From: an uncultured Nitrososphaerota archaeon
GTDB lineage: Archaea; Asgardarchaeota; Njordarchaeia; Njordarchaeales; Njordarchaeaceae
Length of the DNA stretch: 64,000 bases
Direction: 5' to 3'
Assembly: GCA_964518475.1 (NCBI GenBank)
Contig: CAZFGR010000001.1
Coordinates: 46,280-110,279 of the forward strand
Below are positions 18,123 to 27,514 of this stretch, in pieces. The notes below the pieces were generated by a model. It was not told where the DNA came from and did not search any database. It worked only from the letters and a program-made list of their open reading frames with translations. The first letter of the stretch is position 1. Every line of letters starts with the position of its first letter. The translations under genes and the position numbers were made by a program.

Positions 18123-18833
18123 GTGATAACCCACCCATCCCCATTATTCATGTTTTTAAAAAATCAGCGGATGGGGGATTTGGTGCAGAAGAATGTGGAT
18201 CCTACTATGAATAGACTATACTTAAAAGTTGACGAAAGGGGACAGGTAAAATTACGTGTCGAGTCAATAATTGAGAATCTCAAAAAACTGAAACATGAAA
18301 AGTTACGGGAAAACGTCAATATTGTTATTCATTATGATCTCGATAAAGATAAGTGCTTACAAATATCCGTAATCGATGAGAAAATTCCTATACAATTAGC
18401 TTATGCACTCTTGGTTCTTAATCAATCCTTTTCAAAACAGCCCTCTATTCCTGAAATTCTTAACACCCTTAAAGGTGAGATTGAGAAACTAACGAGAGAT
18501 CTATCTGAGACAGAGAAAACTATAGCTCAACTTGAAAATCGCCTTCTTGATGATTTTGAAAACATACCGTTCCTCCAAGCAATGTTGGATGAGCTTTTAG
18601 ATATGTCTTATGAAATCGAAGAAAGAAAGCGTGCTATAGAGATCGCATACAAGCTCTTAACTTTTCCAGAAACAGCTTATGATCATATACCAGCTAGAAT
18701 TTTGAGAAGCGGCAAGAATGAAGAAGCGTTAATTATCCAAGAAAGAGAGATTATTTGGTTGCTTCCTTTTTCTGAATTAAGAAAAAAGTTGCATCTATTG
18801 AGTAAATCAGAGAATGAGGAAAAACCTTCTTAA
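18123..18833 (+). CDS. Hypothetical coiled-coil protein
   Basis: ORF directly after the membrane protein gene. The start is uncertain (GTG 18123, ATG 18150 or ATG 18171). No recognised motif. Confidence 0.4.
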   Translation: MITHPSPLFMFLKNQRMGDLVQKNVDPTMNRLYLKVDERGQVKLRVESIIENLKKLKHEKLRENVNIVIHYDLDKDKCLQISVIDEKIPIQLAYALLVLNQSFSKQPSIPEILNTLKGEIEKLTRDLSETEKTIAQLENRLLDDFENIPFLQAMLDELLDMSYEIEERKRAIEIAYKLLTFPETAYDHIPARILRSGKNEEALIIQEREIIWLLPFSELRKKLHLLSKSENEEKPS

Positions 18834-19251
18834 ACTCGCTAGTAATCTTACTTAGAATCCCCTCGTTAATTTCTATAAAGTGCGATGGGCAATTACAATC
18901 TGTTGCTCCAAACTTTGGAATAGAGACCTTACCTCCGAGACTTATTAAAAATTCTGCGAGTTCACATTCTAGTTTTCTATCGCTTATAACCAAGAAAATT
19001 TTCTGAATAGTCACATTTCTATTCGTTGTTAAATAATCGATGTGCCATTTCACTGGTTTATTTCTCTTTATATGCCTAAGGATTCTGGCTCTAAGCCCTC
19101 CAGGGCCAAGAGCCGATCCCACATATGCGTAGAGTCCTGGATTTATAGAAAAATCTCCAAGCTTACCTATCTTTACTCTCATACGTACTGGGATACTTAG
19201 TACTAATATGTAAGCACCCTTAAGGTCTGGTATACCCAAAAATTTATCCAT
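18751..19251 (-). CDS. GIY-YIG/URI-superfamily protein (DUF123)
   Basis: GAYILVLSI...GLYAYVGSALGPGGLRARILRH......VKWHIDYL matches the DUF123 signature (GxYxYVGSA...R..RH...HWHIDYL). Confidence 0.7.
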   Translation of the reverse strand: MDKFLGIPDLKGAYILVLSIPVRMRVKIGKLGDFSINPGLYAYVGSALGPGGLRARILRHIKRNKPVKWHIDYLTTNRNVTIQKIFLVISDRKLECELAEFLISLGGKVSIPKFGATDCNCPSHFIEINEGILSKITSEFKKVFPHSLIYSIDATFFLIQKKEATK

Positions 19252-19321
19252 AGTTAATCACTTGCAATATTTTCAGGTTTACATGAAAAATCTGGAGTCC
19301 TTGTAAAAAATGTGAGAACTG

Positions 19322-20203
19322 ATGGAAATAAGAATATTGGGCGCGGATTCCCTTGGAGTACGAAGCATGGCTACTTATATCAAGACAATAGATGCTAAAA
19401 TACTAATAGATCCTGGAGCTAATTTAGCTCCAAAGAGGTTTGGCCTTCCTCCCCACCCAGTTGAAATCGAGAAGTTAAAGGAGGTTTGGAAAGAAATAAC
19501 GAGATATGCCGAGAAAGCCGATATTCTCATAATTACTCATTATCATTTTGATCATTATAATCCAGAACACAATATAGAGATCTATGAGAGCAAAATCGTC
19601 TTTCTGAAACATCCCACAATGAAGATAAATGAGAGTCAAATGAGGAGAGCGAGTGCATTTATAAATAAGATCAAAGATCTTGCAGAGATCATAGAATTCG
19701 CTGATAATAGGGAATTTTTCTTCAATGAAACACGTATATTATTCTCAGCGCCAGTTCCCCATGGTATCGATACTAAACTCGGTTATGTGTTAGAAATAGT
19801 TATCGAAGATGAAAGAGGCGAAAAGTTCCTTTTTACAAGCGATACTCAAGGGTTCCCCACAGATAAGCACAGAGAATTTGTTCTGAAAACGAGACCTCAC
19901 ATCATATTCGCTGATGGCCCACCTACCTATCTTTTAGGCTCCAGATACGAGAAGACACAACTAAAACAAGCACTGGAGGGATTCCTAGAAATACTCACTA
20001 GATATCCTGTGAAAAAATTGATAATAGATCATCATTTTCTACGCGACCTCAACTGGTACGAGTATCTGGTAAGAGAAGAAGGCTTTCAAAAATATTTTGC
20101 AGAAAAAGTAATAACTACAGCGGCAGAGTTCTCTAAACAAAAACCTAACCTATTAGAAGCTCGCAGAAAAATCCTCTGGCAAGAAAAATCAGCTCAAAAA
20201 TAA
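19322..20203 (+). CDS. UPF0282 family metallo-beta-lactamase-fold protein
   Basis: MEIRILGADSLGVRSMATYIKT.DAKILIDPGANLAPKRFGLPPHPVE...ITHYHFDHYNP, the characteristic UPF0282 N-terminus and HxHxDH-like motif. Confidence 0.7.
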   Translation: MEIRILGADSLGVRSMATYIKTIDAKILIDPGANLAPKRFGLPPHPVEIEKLKEVWKEITRYAEKADILIITHYHFDHYNPEHNIEIYESKIVFLKHPTMKINESQMRRASAFINKIKDLAEIIEFADNREFFFNETRILFSAPVPHGIDTKLGYVLEIVIEDERGEKFLFTSDTQGFPTDKHREFVLKTRPHIIFADGPPTYLLGSRYEKTQLKQALEGFLEILTRYPVKKLIIDHHFLRDLNWYEYLVREEGFQKYFAEKVITTAAEFSKQKPNLLEARRKILWQEKSAQK

Positions 20204-20278
20204 CTAAAAAATTAATATTCGTTTTTTCATTTATGTTATGAGTCACCCTTCTCAAGAATTTTTATTCAGGGATAAATA

Positions 20279-20695
20279 ATGGCAAAGCACATTTTTGTGG
20301 ATTCTGTACGGTGCTCTGGTTGCAAAATCTGCGAACAGGTATGTGCTAAGACTCATTTTAATGTATTGAATGTATCAAAATCTGCAATAAGAATACACAC
20401 AGAGTTTACCCAAGACAAAATGAGGCATACGCATAACGTCTGCCAACAATGTGGTCCTTCAGCACCCTGTATCCGTGCATGTCCGGAAAATGCCTTATTC
20501 TGGGATGAAGAAAAGAATCGCTTGGCTATAGATCTTAACAAATGCGTTGGTCATTTCAATTGTGTAGCCGCTTGTCCTTACAATGCAATATACAGGCACC
20601 CAGCTCTTAAGCATCCGATATTCTGCGATTTGTGCGATGGTGATCCTCAATGCGTAAAGTGGTGTCCGATGGGGGCTATTAGGCTTGTTGGTTGA
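20279..20695 (+). CDS. 4Fe-4S cluster protein, AOR-associated ferredoxin-like subunit
   Basis: Multiple Cys clusters (CSGCKICEQVC, CQQCGPSAPCIRACP, CVGHFNCVAACP, CDLCDGDPQCVKWCP). It ends 3 nt before the AOR gene. Confidence 0.75.
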   Translation: MAKHIFVDSVRCSGCKICEQVCAKTHFNVLNVSKSAIRIHTEFTQDKMRHTHNVCQQCGPSAPCIRACPENALFWDEEKNRLAIDLNKCVGHFNCVAACPYNAIYRHPALKHPIFCDLCDGDPQCVKWCPMGAIRLVG

Positions 20696-20698
20696 GAG

Positions 20699-22582
20699 GT
20701 GATGATTATGGAGTTTAAGGGTGGGTGGATAGGTAAAATCTTGAGAGTCGACCTTTCTAAGGAAAGCGTGAAAGAAGAGGATCTTTCTAAGGAACTAGCT
20801 CTTGAGTGGATAGGTGGTCGTGGATTCGCTATAAAAATATTATGGGACGAATTAGAGCCGGGGATAGATCCATTATCTCCAGAGAATAAAGTTGTAATAG
20901 CTACTGGACCATTGACGGGTACTATAACACCTAGTAGCGGAAAACTGGTTGTAGCTACAAAATCCCCCCTCACGGGCGGTTATGGAGATGGGAACATCGG
21001 GACTCATTTTGCACATATGTTAAAGATGTCTGGATATGATGCTTTGGTACTCGAAGGAAGAGCGAAGAAACCCGTATATGTCTACATAACTCCTAATGGC
21101 GTCGAGATTAAAGACGCGTCTCATCTCTGGGGTAAAAGCGCTATTGAAACAGAAATTACTCTACGAAAAGATCATGGAAAAGACGTGGGCGTTATCAGCA
21201 TCGGCCCAGCAGCCGAAAATTTGGTAAAGTTTTCAGTTGTTATCTCCGAGTACGGCCGTGCAGGTGGAAGACCTGGAATCGGTACTGTCCTAGGATCTAA
21301 GAAAGTAAAGGCTCTTGTAGCCGAGGGATGGAACGATATCCCAGTAGCAGATATAGAAAAAGCCTTTAATCTAGCCTGGGAAGCTCGTATGAAACTACTA
21401 ACTCATCCAGGGTATAGGAAATGGATTAATCAGGGAACCATGATGACAATAGAGTGGTCTCAAGAAGCTAGTGTATTACCAACATACAACTTCAGCGAGG
21501 GAGTCTTTGACGATTACGCAAATATTGGCGGAGAAATAATGGAGAAAGAATATAAGTTATTAAGAAAGGGCTGTTTCTCATGTCCAATGCCCTGTGGTAA
21601 CTTATCAATAGCTAAACTCGGTAAGTTCATGAAGACATGGGCCGAGCTAGATTATGAAAACGTAGCAATGCTAGGTTCTAACATCGGTATTGACGACATG
21701 AATATTGTTATTAAGCTCAATAGACTAGCTGATGAGTGGGGCGTAGACACGATATCTCTTGGGAACGCTATTGGATTCGCCATAGAGTTATATCAAAAAG
21801 GCATTATTTCCCAGAAGCAGACTGGTGGATTAGAACTTAAATGGGGCGACGAAGAAGTTATCATTAGCCTTGCTGAGAAGATCGTGAAAAAGGAAGACAT
21901 CGGAAAAATACTCGCTGAAGGAGTAAAAGCCGCCGCTGAAAAAATAGGTAAAGAAGCTCCTAAGTACGCTATTCATGTAAAGGGCTTAGAAGTTTCTGCT
22001 TATGATTGCCACGCAGCACCTGGAATGGCACTATCCTATGGGACTTCTCCAATAGGCGCGCATCACAAGGATGCTTGGGTTATTTCTTGGGAGGTCAAAA
22101 TCGGTAGAGATAAGATAGATAAGAGCAAAGTCGATAAGGTTATAGAGTTCCAGCGTATTAGAGGCGGTCTATTTGAGATCTTGACGGTTTGTAGATTACC
22201 TTGGATCGAATTAGCATTAGATCTAGATTACTATCCAAAGCTATTTAACGCAATAACCGGCCTAGATTATACCCTAGAAAACTTCTTCTTCATAGCAGAT
22301 AAGATATATAACTTGATACGAGCATTCTGGATACGCGAATACGGAGAGTGGAAACGCGAATACGACTATCCACCGAGGAAATGGTTTGAGATACCTCTTT
22401 CAAAAGGTCCTCTCGCTGGTTCAAAGCTAAAGAAGGAAGCCTATGACAAGTTACTTGACTGGTACTATGAAGAAAGAGGGTGGGACAAAAACGGAATACC
22501 AAGAAAAAGCACGCTAGAGAAATTCGGTCTATCATATGTGATATCTACTCTGGAGGAAAGAGGCGTTACACTTTCTGAATAA
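20699..22582 (+). CDS. aor: Aldehyde:ferredoxin oxidoreductase family tungstoenzyme
   Basis: GKILRVDLSK......L....IGGRGFAIKILWDEL.PGIDPLSPENKVVIATGPLTGT..PSSGK. The 627-aa length and C-terminal AOR domains fit (..EVSAYDCHAAPGMALSYGTSPIGAHH). Confidence 0.9.
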   Translation: MMIMEFKGGWIGKILRVDLSKESVKEEDLSKELALEWIGGRGFAIKILWDELEPGIDPLSPENKVVIATGPLTGTITPSSGKLVVATKSPLTGGYGDGNIGTHFAHMLKMSGYDALVLEGRAKKPVYVYITPNGVEIKDASHLWGKSAIETEITLRKDHGKDVGVISIGPAAENLVKFSVVISEYGRAGGRPGIGTVLGSKKVKALVAEGWNDIPVADIEKAFNLAWEARMKLLTHPGYRKWINQGTMMTIEWSQEASVLPTYNFSEGVFDDYANIGGEIMEKEYKLLRKGCFSCPMPCGNLSIAKLGKFMKTWAELDYENVAMLGSNIGIDDMNIVIKLNRLADEWGVDTISLGNAIGFAIELYQKGIISQKQTGGLELKWGDEEVIISLAEKIVKKEDIGKILAEGVKAAAEKIGKEAPKYAIHVKGLEVSAYDCHAAPGMALSYGTSPIGAHHKDAWVISWEVKIGRDKIDKSKVDKVIEFQRIRGGLFEILTVCRLPWIELALDLDYYPKLFNAITGLDYTLENFFFIADKIYNLIRAFWIREYGEWKREYDYPPRKWFEIPLSKGPLAGSKLKKEAYDKLLDWYYEERGWDKNGIPRKSTLEKFGLSYVISTLEERGVTLSE

Positions 22583-22660
22583 ATGATAAAAAGAGAAAGC
22601 CTCCTCTTGCCTCCTTTTTAAAAACTTTTTCTTTCAGAGAGAACCTCCCCGTACGCTTAC

Positions 22661-22945
22661 TTAGCCGCCGCTTAGGAACGGCATTATTGAAACAATATCA
22701 CCATTCTTTAACTTAGTCCCAAGATCGTTAACTGATTGACCATTAATAAGAACTATTATGTTTTCGCTAAGGGTTTTTCTCTGACTTGATTCGAAAAGTA
22801 CTTTCTCTAGTTTTTCACCATATTTCTCCACTAACACATTTAATAGGTCTCTAATCGTTGCATCGTCTGGTAATGATATCTCCTCTTCTTTTACTTCATT
22901 AGTTAACTGTCTAAGATACGCGAAATACCTAACCTTTACCTGCAA
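22661..22945 (-). CDS. moaD: MoaD/ThiS-family beta-grasp sulfur carrier (SAMP-like), C-terminal Gly-Gly
   Basis: 94 aa, MQVKVRYFAYLRQL....I.LPDDATIRDLL..L..KYG......NIIVLINGQ......TKLKNGDIVSIMPFLSGG-stop. Confidence 0.75.
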   Translation of the reverse strand: MQVKVRYFAYLRQLTNEVKEEEISLPDDATIRDLLNVLVEKYGEKLEKVLFESSQRKTLSENIIVLINGQSVNDLGTKLKNGDIVSIMPFLSGG

Positions 22946-22990
22946 GCTTTCTCCCTCTCATTAAATTAGTCGTTTATCCTCATGTATTCG

Positions 22991-23593
22991 TTATGTACTT
23001 TTGGTCTTGTTGATATACTCTATTATTTCCTCGTACTTATTACGGGATATTATTCCCTTCTGCATCAAGATTTCAAATAACTCCTTAGCTGTTAATAAAG
23101 AAAACAAATTCACCCCTATTCTTCTCAGTCTTTCTTTTGCTCCCTGTTCCCTATCGATTACCACAATAGCGTTTTCTATGGTTCCCCCATTGTCTCTTAC
23201 GACATTCACAGCCCTCTCTAAGGACTGGCCAGTTGTAGCTACATCATCAACCAACAGGACTTTCCTATCAACGACGAACCCCTCCAACAGTTTTCCTGTA
23301 CCATGTTTTTTCTCTTCCTTCCGTACATATGCCATCGGAATATTCGCTATACATGAAATATAGGAAGCTAATGGTATACCGCCAGTAGCAATACCCACCA
23401 CTACCTCAAAGACGGTTCTCTTCTTTGCTTCCGTCAGAATCAATCCTGCAATGTCTTTTAATATTTTAGGATACCCTATCAGCTCGCGCAAATCGATATA
23501 AAAAGGGCTTCTAATTCCAGACGATAATATAAAGTCTCCGATCTTAACCATGCCGAGGTTATATAGCTTTACTGCTAAATCTTCTAGATTCAA
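22991..23593 (-). CDS. pyrE: Orotate phosphoribosyltransferase
   Basis: FILSSGIRSPFYIDLR.., the PRPP loop KVLLVDDVATTGQS, and overlap with pyrF (ATGA). Confidence 0.85.
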   Translation of the reverse strand: MNLEDLAVKLYNLGMVKIGDFILSSGIRSPFYIDLRELIGYPKILKDIAGLILTEAKKRTVFEVVVGIATGGIPLASYISCIANIPMAYVRKEEKKHGTGKLLEGFVVDRKVLLVDDVATTGQSLERAVNVVRDNGGTIENAIVVIDREQGAKERLRRIGVNLFSLLTAKELFEILMQKGIISRNKYEEIIEYINKTKST

Positions 23594-24297
23594 TACTGAT
23601 CCCTCATGCGTTCATTAATTATTTCACTATGAACCTCGTTAATATGAGAGACGACCTTGAGGGGATCTTGAGCATTAACAATTAATCTCCCTATAATCTC
23701 AAAATCAGCTCCAGCTTTTAAAGCATCTCCTGGATTAGCTCCTTGAGCACCTACCCCCGGAGAGATTATTACCATCTCTTTATTCCCGAGAATTTTTCTC
23801 GCATCTCTTATGTATTGCGGCATCGTAGCTGGGAGCACAATACCATAGAAATCAAGATCCTTAGCGATATCTAAAAGTTTCTTAAATGATTTATTAAGCA
23901 TTTCTTCTGCTCCTGGATGAGACATAGCGGCTACCATAAATAATTTCATATCAAGCTCCTTAGAGCTTTCTACAAGAACATCCAGCGCGTTTTTTACTCC
24001 AACAAACCCATGAACTATCGCAGCATCAAAATTCATTTCATTGAGTTTTTCTAAAGTCATAACCATTACGTGCCCAACATCCGCCATTTTAGTGTCGGCT
24101 ATAAAAAAGAAATCTTCAGCAAAATTCTTCAAGAAATCTCTAGTCTGTGCTGATCCTTTCGTTAAAATATAGGGAAGCCCTATCTTTATCCCAGCTATTC
24201 TTCCCCGCAACTTGTCCGCTAATGCGACGCAGTCAATTAGCGGATTATCTAGGGCAAGTATTATTCTACTACCGCCCATATCTAGAGATTTTCCCAT
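23590..24297 (-). CDS. pyrF: Orotidine 5'-phosphate decarboxylase
   Basis: RIILALD, IKIGLPY, FIADTKMADVGHV, ISPGVGAQG; the OMP decarboxylase motifs. Confidence 0.85.
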   Translation of the reverse strand: MGKSLDMGGSRIILALDNPLIDCVALADKLRGRIAGIKIGLPYILTKGSAQTRDFLKNFAEDFFFIADTKMADVGHVMVMTLEKLNEMNFDAAIVHGFVGVKNALDVLVESSKELDMKLFMVAAMSHPGAEEMLNKSFKKLLDIAKDLDFYGIVLPATMPQYIRDARKILGNKEMVIISPGVGAQGANPGDALKAGADFEIIGRLIVNAQDPLKVVSHINEVHSEIINERMRDQY

Positions 24298-24390
24298 AAA
24301 AACCTCCTCAAAAGCAGTAATGTCTCATTACAAACCGAGATCCCAGGAATTATTAATTTATTTCTCTACTTAGACTATTTTAACAACAAG

Positions 24391-25407
24391 GTGAATAACA
24401 TGACTATTGATGAAAATGCATTAAGGATAATAGAGGACACAAGCAAGAGAATATCACAGATGATCGTAAGAGGCGCTACAAACATTGCTATCGAAGCTAT
24501 GAAGAGTCTAGAGAGTTTTATTAGGAACGTCCGAGACAACGCGCTGGAACTAAGTTTCTATAAAGCAGTAGAGATATTATTCAAGAGCAGACCGACAGAA
24601 CCCGCAATGCAAAATGGCATTATTTATGTCCTCGCAACATTTGAGAAAGAGAAACAGGAAACAAACTCTATATCTGAGTTAAAAAATGCCCTTATCACAG
24701 CGACACGAGAATATATAAGCCTACTTAAAACAGCTATTAATAAAATAATTGAGATTGGGTGGAGACGCGTTCCAGAAAACGGTATTGTTATGACTCATTG
24801 CCACTCATCAACTGTTGTCTCGATCCTGCAAAAAGCAAAAGATGCTGGTAAGAAATTCATTATTATTAGTTCGGAAACGAGACCCCTTTACCAAGGTCGA
24901 AAAACCTCCAAAGAACTAGGGAGCTATGGAATAAAAGTCTACCATATCGTTGACAGTGCAATGCGATGGGCCGCTAGAAAATTTAAACCTGATATGGCAT
25001 TGATTGGTGCTGATGCCGTTACTAGTACTGGCGTTGTTATAAATAAGATAGGCAGTAAACTTTTAGCACTAGTAGCCGCCGAATTCGATTTTCCCCTTTA
25101 CGTCGCTACAACACTCCTAAAACTCGATCCTAAGACTTTATTGGGTGGTTATACTCCGATAGAAATTAGAGATCCAAGAGAGGTGTGGGAAAACCCTCCC
25201 AGAAATATTGAAGTTTTAAATCCAGCATTTGAGACAATCGATCCCAGATATATAGACGGAATAATAACTGAAGCGGGAATAATTCCCCCAGAGATCTTTC
25301 AGTTAAAATTTGAAAGCACATATCCTAGGATATGGAATATAATCTCCAGTGAACAGGTAAGAAAACTATTTTTTTTTAAAAACTGTTTGGGAGAGAGATT
25401 CAAATGA
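24391..25407 (+). CDS. eIF-2B alpha/beta/delta family protein (ribose-1,5-bisphosphate isomerase / aIF-2B-II type)
   Basis: MIVRGATNIAIEA....SRPTEPAM.N......IVMTHCHSSTV..IL..A...GK.F.II.SETRPLYQGR.T.KEL...GI.V..IVDSA......ALIGADAVTSTGVVINKIGS..LAL.A...D.P.YV......NPAFE.ID..YIDGIITEAGIIPP. This is close to the Thermococcus R15P isomerase as recalled. Confidence 0.8.
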   Translation: MNNMTIDENALRIIEDTSKRISQMIVRGATNIAIEAMKSLESFIRNVRDNALELSFYKAVEILFKSRPTEPAMQNGIIYVLATFEKEKQETNSISELKNALITATREYISLLKTAINKIIEIGWRRVPENGIVMTHCHSSTVVSILQKAKDAGKKFIIISSETRPLYQGRKTSKELGSYGIKVYHIVDSAMRWAARKFKPDMALIGADAVTSTGVVINKIGSKLLALVAAEFDFPLYVATTLLKLDPKTLLGGYTPIEIRDPREVWENPPRNIEVLNPAFETIDPRYIDGIITEAGIIPPEIFQLKFESTYPRIWNIISSEQVRKLFFFKNCLGERFK

Positions 25408-26504
25408 TTCCTCCCGATTTAAGAGTAAAAATAACAAGAACGGGTGCAGAAATAGAGGCTCCGCTCCCTAAGGAGGAAATTTTGAATATTATCACGTCTC
25501 AGACGATCTCACAATTTAGAAAAAAATTCCGTAGAGCATTAGTTGAGTTCTATGGAAAAAACATCTTAGCGGGTGTTAGATTCATTAAAAATCTATTCGA
25601 AAGCTTGACAAGAGCAAAAATTCCAGACAGTATTGATGATCTCTACGCAATTATTGAAGAGACTGAAAAAACTCGCCCCGATATATTCATACACATTAAT
25701 GAAAAAAAGATTACATTCGCCTCAAAAATCATTAAGACTAGTGAGAAAGAATTAGAAGACTTCTTTACAATAATCTGTACCCTAAAGAGACCCGCTCGAG
25801 GAAGCGTATATAAATTCTTTATTAGAAAAAACCTCAGACCAATAATTAATTTCTTGGAAAAAAATCAAGAAAAACTCAATGGACTACATGAACTTCTCCT
25901 CCATGAATCAATGCTAAGAATAGCACAGGAAACACTTAGTAAGAACATACAAGCAGAAATGTTCAGATTTCTCCCAAGAGAACAGTCGGTAATAATCAAC
26001 ATTAGGAAAACTCCATTGAAATTAATAGAGATCTTCTCTCCAATAGAAGGAGATCTTCCTCCATATCCTATTATAGAAATCCTTCCCCAAATTAATGAAA
26101 AAGTCTCGGAACTTATAATTTCCTACTCAACAACAAGCGTAATGAATTATGTCACCACCTTTCTAGAAGAATATCTCAAATCCGTTGAGCCGGGAAACAT
26201 TAGCCTTCATATGCTAGAAAAATCGGATAGATTGCTTCTATCAATGATAGATAATGTATCCGTAGCCCATTTCGAAATTCTGCGCCAGGAAAACATACTA
26301 AACTCATCGCATACCCTACCTTCAAAGATTCTTGATGTAGCAATGGCTGTTCTTCGCGAGAAAATTTATACAAAAATAATTATTAGCAAAAACATCCAGT
26401 TACAGCTTCACGCATATCCTCAGACAAAATTCATTACACTAGATGAGAATTGGTCGGAATTTATTAAAGAGGAGATAAAATCGTTAAAAACGAAAATCGG
26501 TTGA
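25404..26504 (+). CDS. Hypothetical protein (no recognisable family), second gene of the UFC1-like operon
   Basis: 366-aa ORF with 4-nt ATGA-type overlaps to both neighbours. Alpha-helical, K/I/E-rich. Confidence 0.45.
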   Translation: MIPPDLRVKITRTGAEIEAPLPKEEILNIITSQTISQFRKKFRRALVEFYGKNILAGVRFIKNLFESLTRAKIPDSIDDLYAIIEETEKTRPDIFIHINEKKITFASKIIKTSEKELEDFFTIICTLKRPARGSVYKFFIRKNLRPIINFLEKNQEKLNGLHELLLHESMLRIAQETLSKNIQAEMFRFLPREQSVIINIRKTPLKLIEIFSPIEGDLPPYPIIEILPQINEKVSELIISYSTTSVMNYVTTFLEEYLKSVEPGNISLHMLEKSDRLLLSMIDNVSVAHFEILRQENILNSSHTLPSKILDVAMAVLREKIYTKIIISKNIQLQLHAYPQTKFITLDENWSEFIKEEIKSLKTKIG

Positions 26505-27514
26505 TAATCATGAAAAACCCTAGTAAGTGTTTTCTATGCCCCCATGAGTGTGAGGACGTTAGCGATCTAGTTAATGGTCTTTGTTACATAATAGGCCGAG
26601 AGAAAACAAGAGGAATAAACACCGTCTCTGCCGAAATTGTAAACGTTGAATCAGCTGGTTTTTTTCATTTTTTTCCCGGACATGAAGCTGTGAAGATTGC
26701 TCTCCCCGGATGCAACTTGCGATGTCTCTTCTGTGATTACTTGGGTGGAGAGAAAAATTGGATCGTTATCTCAGAACTTGAGAAAAAACTTTCTCTTTTG
26801 CTTGAAAAGAGTTCTCCACTGATATTATTTCTGGATTGCAGTTTCTCTATACTTCCTCCAGAACCATTGACGAGGATTATAAAATGGAAGAAAGTGTATA
26901 GGGGCGATGTCTGGATAATCCACGCAACAAACGGTTTTGTTGACGAGAATCACTTTAAGAGCATTATTGAGCATCTGGACGCTCTCCTCGTAAAATTTTT
27001 TGGATTCTCGGATGAAGCTTACGGGAGGCTCACGATTACGCCACGGGCTTGGAAGTATGCACAAAAAATTGTTGAGAGAGTACTTGAGAGAGGTCCTCTA
27101 CTTGAACTATCATATACTATTGTCCCTGGCTTTAATGAAAAAGACTACAAGGAGTTCTTAAACTGGTTATCGTCGCTTAGACAATTTGATATACCACTTC
27201 ATATTAGACGATTTTATCCAAAACATTTGTTAAAGAATAAAGCACCTACACGAACCAAGATTCTCATGGACGCTTTTAAGGAAGCCAAAAAGATGGGTTT
27301 TAATTACGTCTATATCGACGATATATACGAAGGCGTACCCAGAAATACTTATTGTCCTAATGACAGAACCCTCTTAATACGGAGAGTAGGATATTTCGTA
27401 GAGAACACAGGAATCATCGAATCAAAATGTAAAAAGTGTGGAAAAAGAATTAATGTTTTTGGAAAAATAAAGGAAACGGACATAAGAAGCATATTAAAAC
27501 TTCCAGGAGAATGA
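26501..27514 (+). CDS. Radical SAM enzyme, PflA/AmmeMemoRadiSam-like
   Basis: CX3CX2C cluster motif in LPGCNLRCLFCDY. An N-terminal Cys box KCFLCPHEC...GLC and a C-terminal YCPNDRTLLIRR......KCKKCGKRI are arranged as in AmmeMemoRadiSam-system radical SAM proteins. Confidence 0.7.
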   Translation: MIIMKNPSKCFLCPHECEDVSDLVNGLCYIIGREKTRGINTVSAEIVNVESAGFFHFFPGHEAVKIALPGCNLRCLFCDYLGGEKNWIVISELEKKLSLLLEKSSPLILFLDCSFSILPPEPLTRIIKWKKVYRGDVWIIHATNGFVDENHFKSIIEHLDALLVKFFGFSDEAYGRLTITPRAWKYAQKIVERVLERGPLLELSYTIVPGFNEKDYKEFLNWLSSLRQFDIPLHIRRFYPKHLLKNKAPTRTKILMDAFKEAKKMGFNYVYIDDIYEGVPRNTYCPNDRTLLIRRVGYFVENTGIIESKCKKCGKRINVFGKIKETDIRSILKLPGE

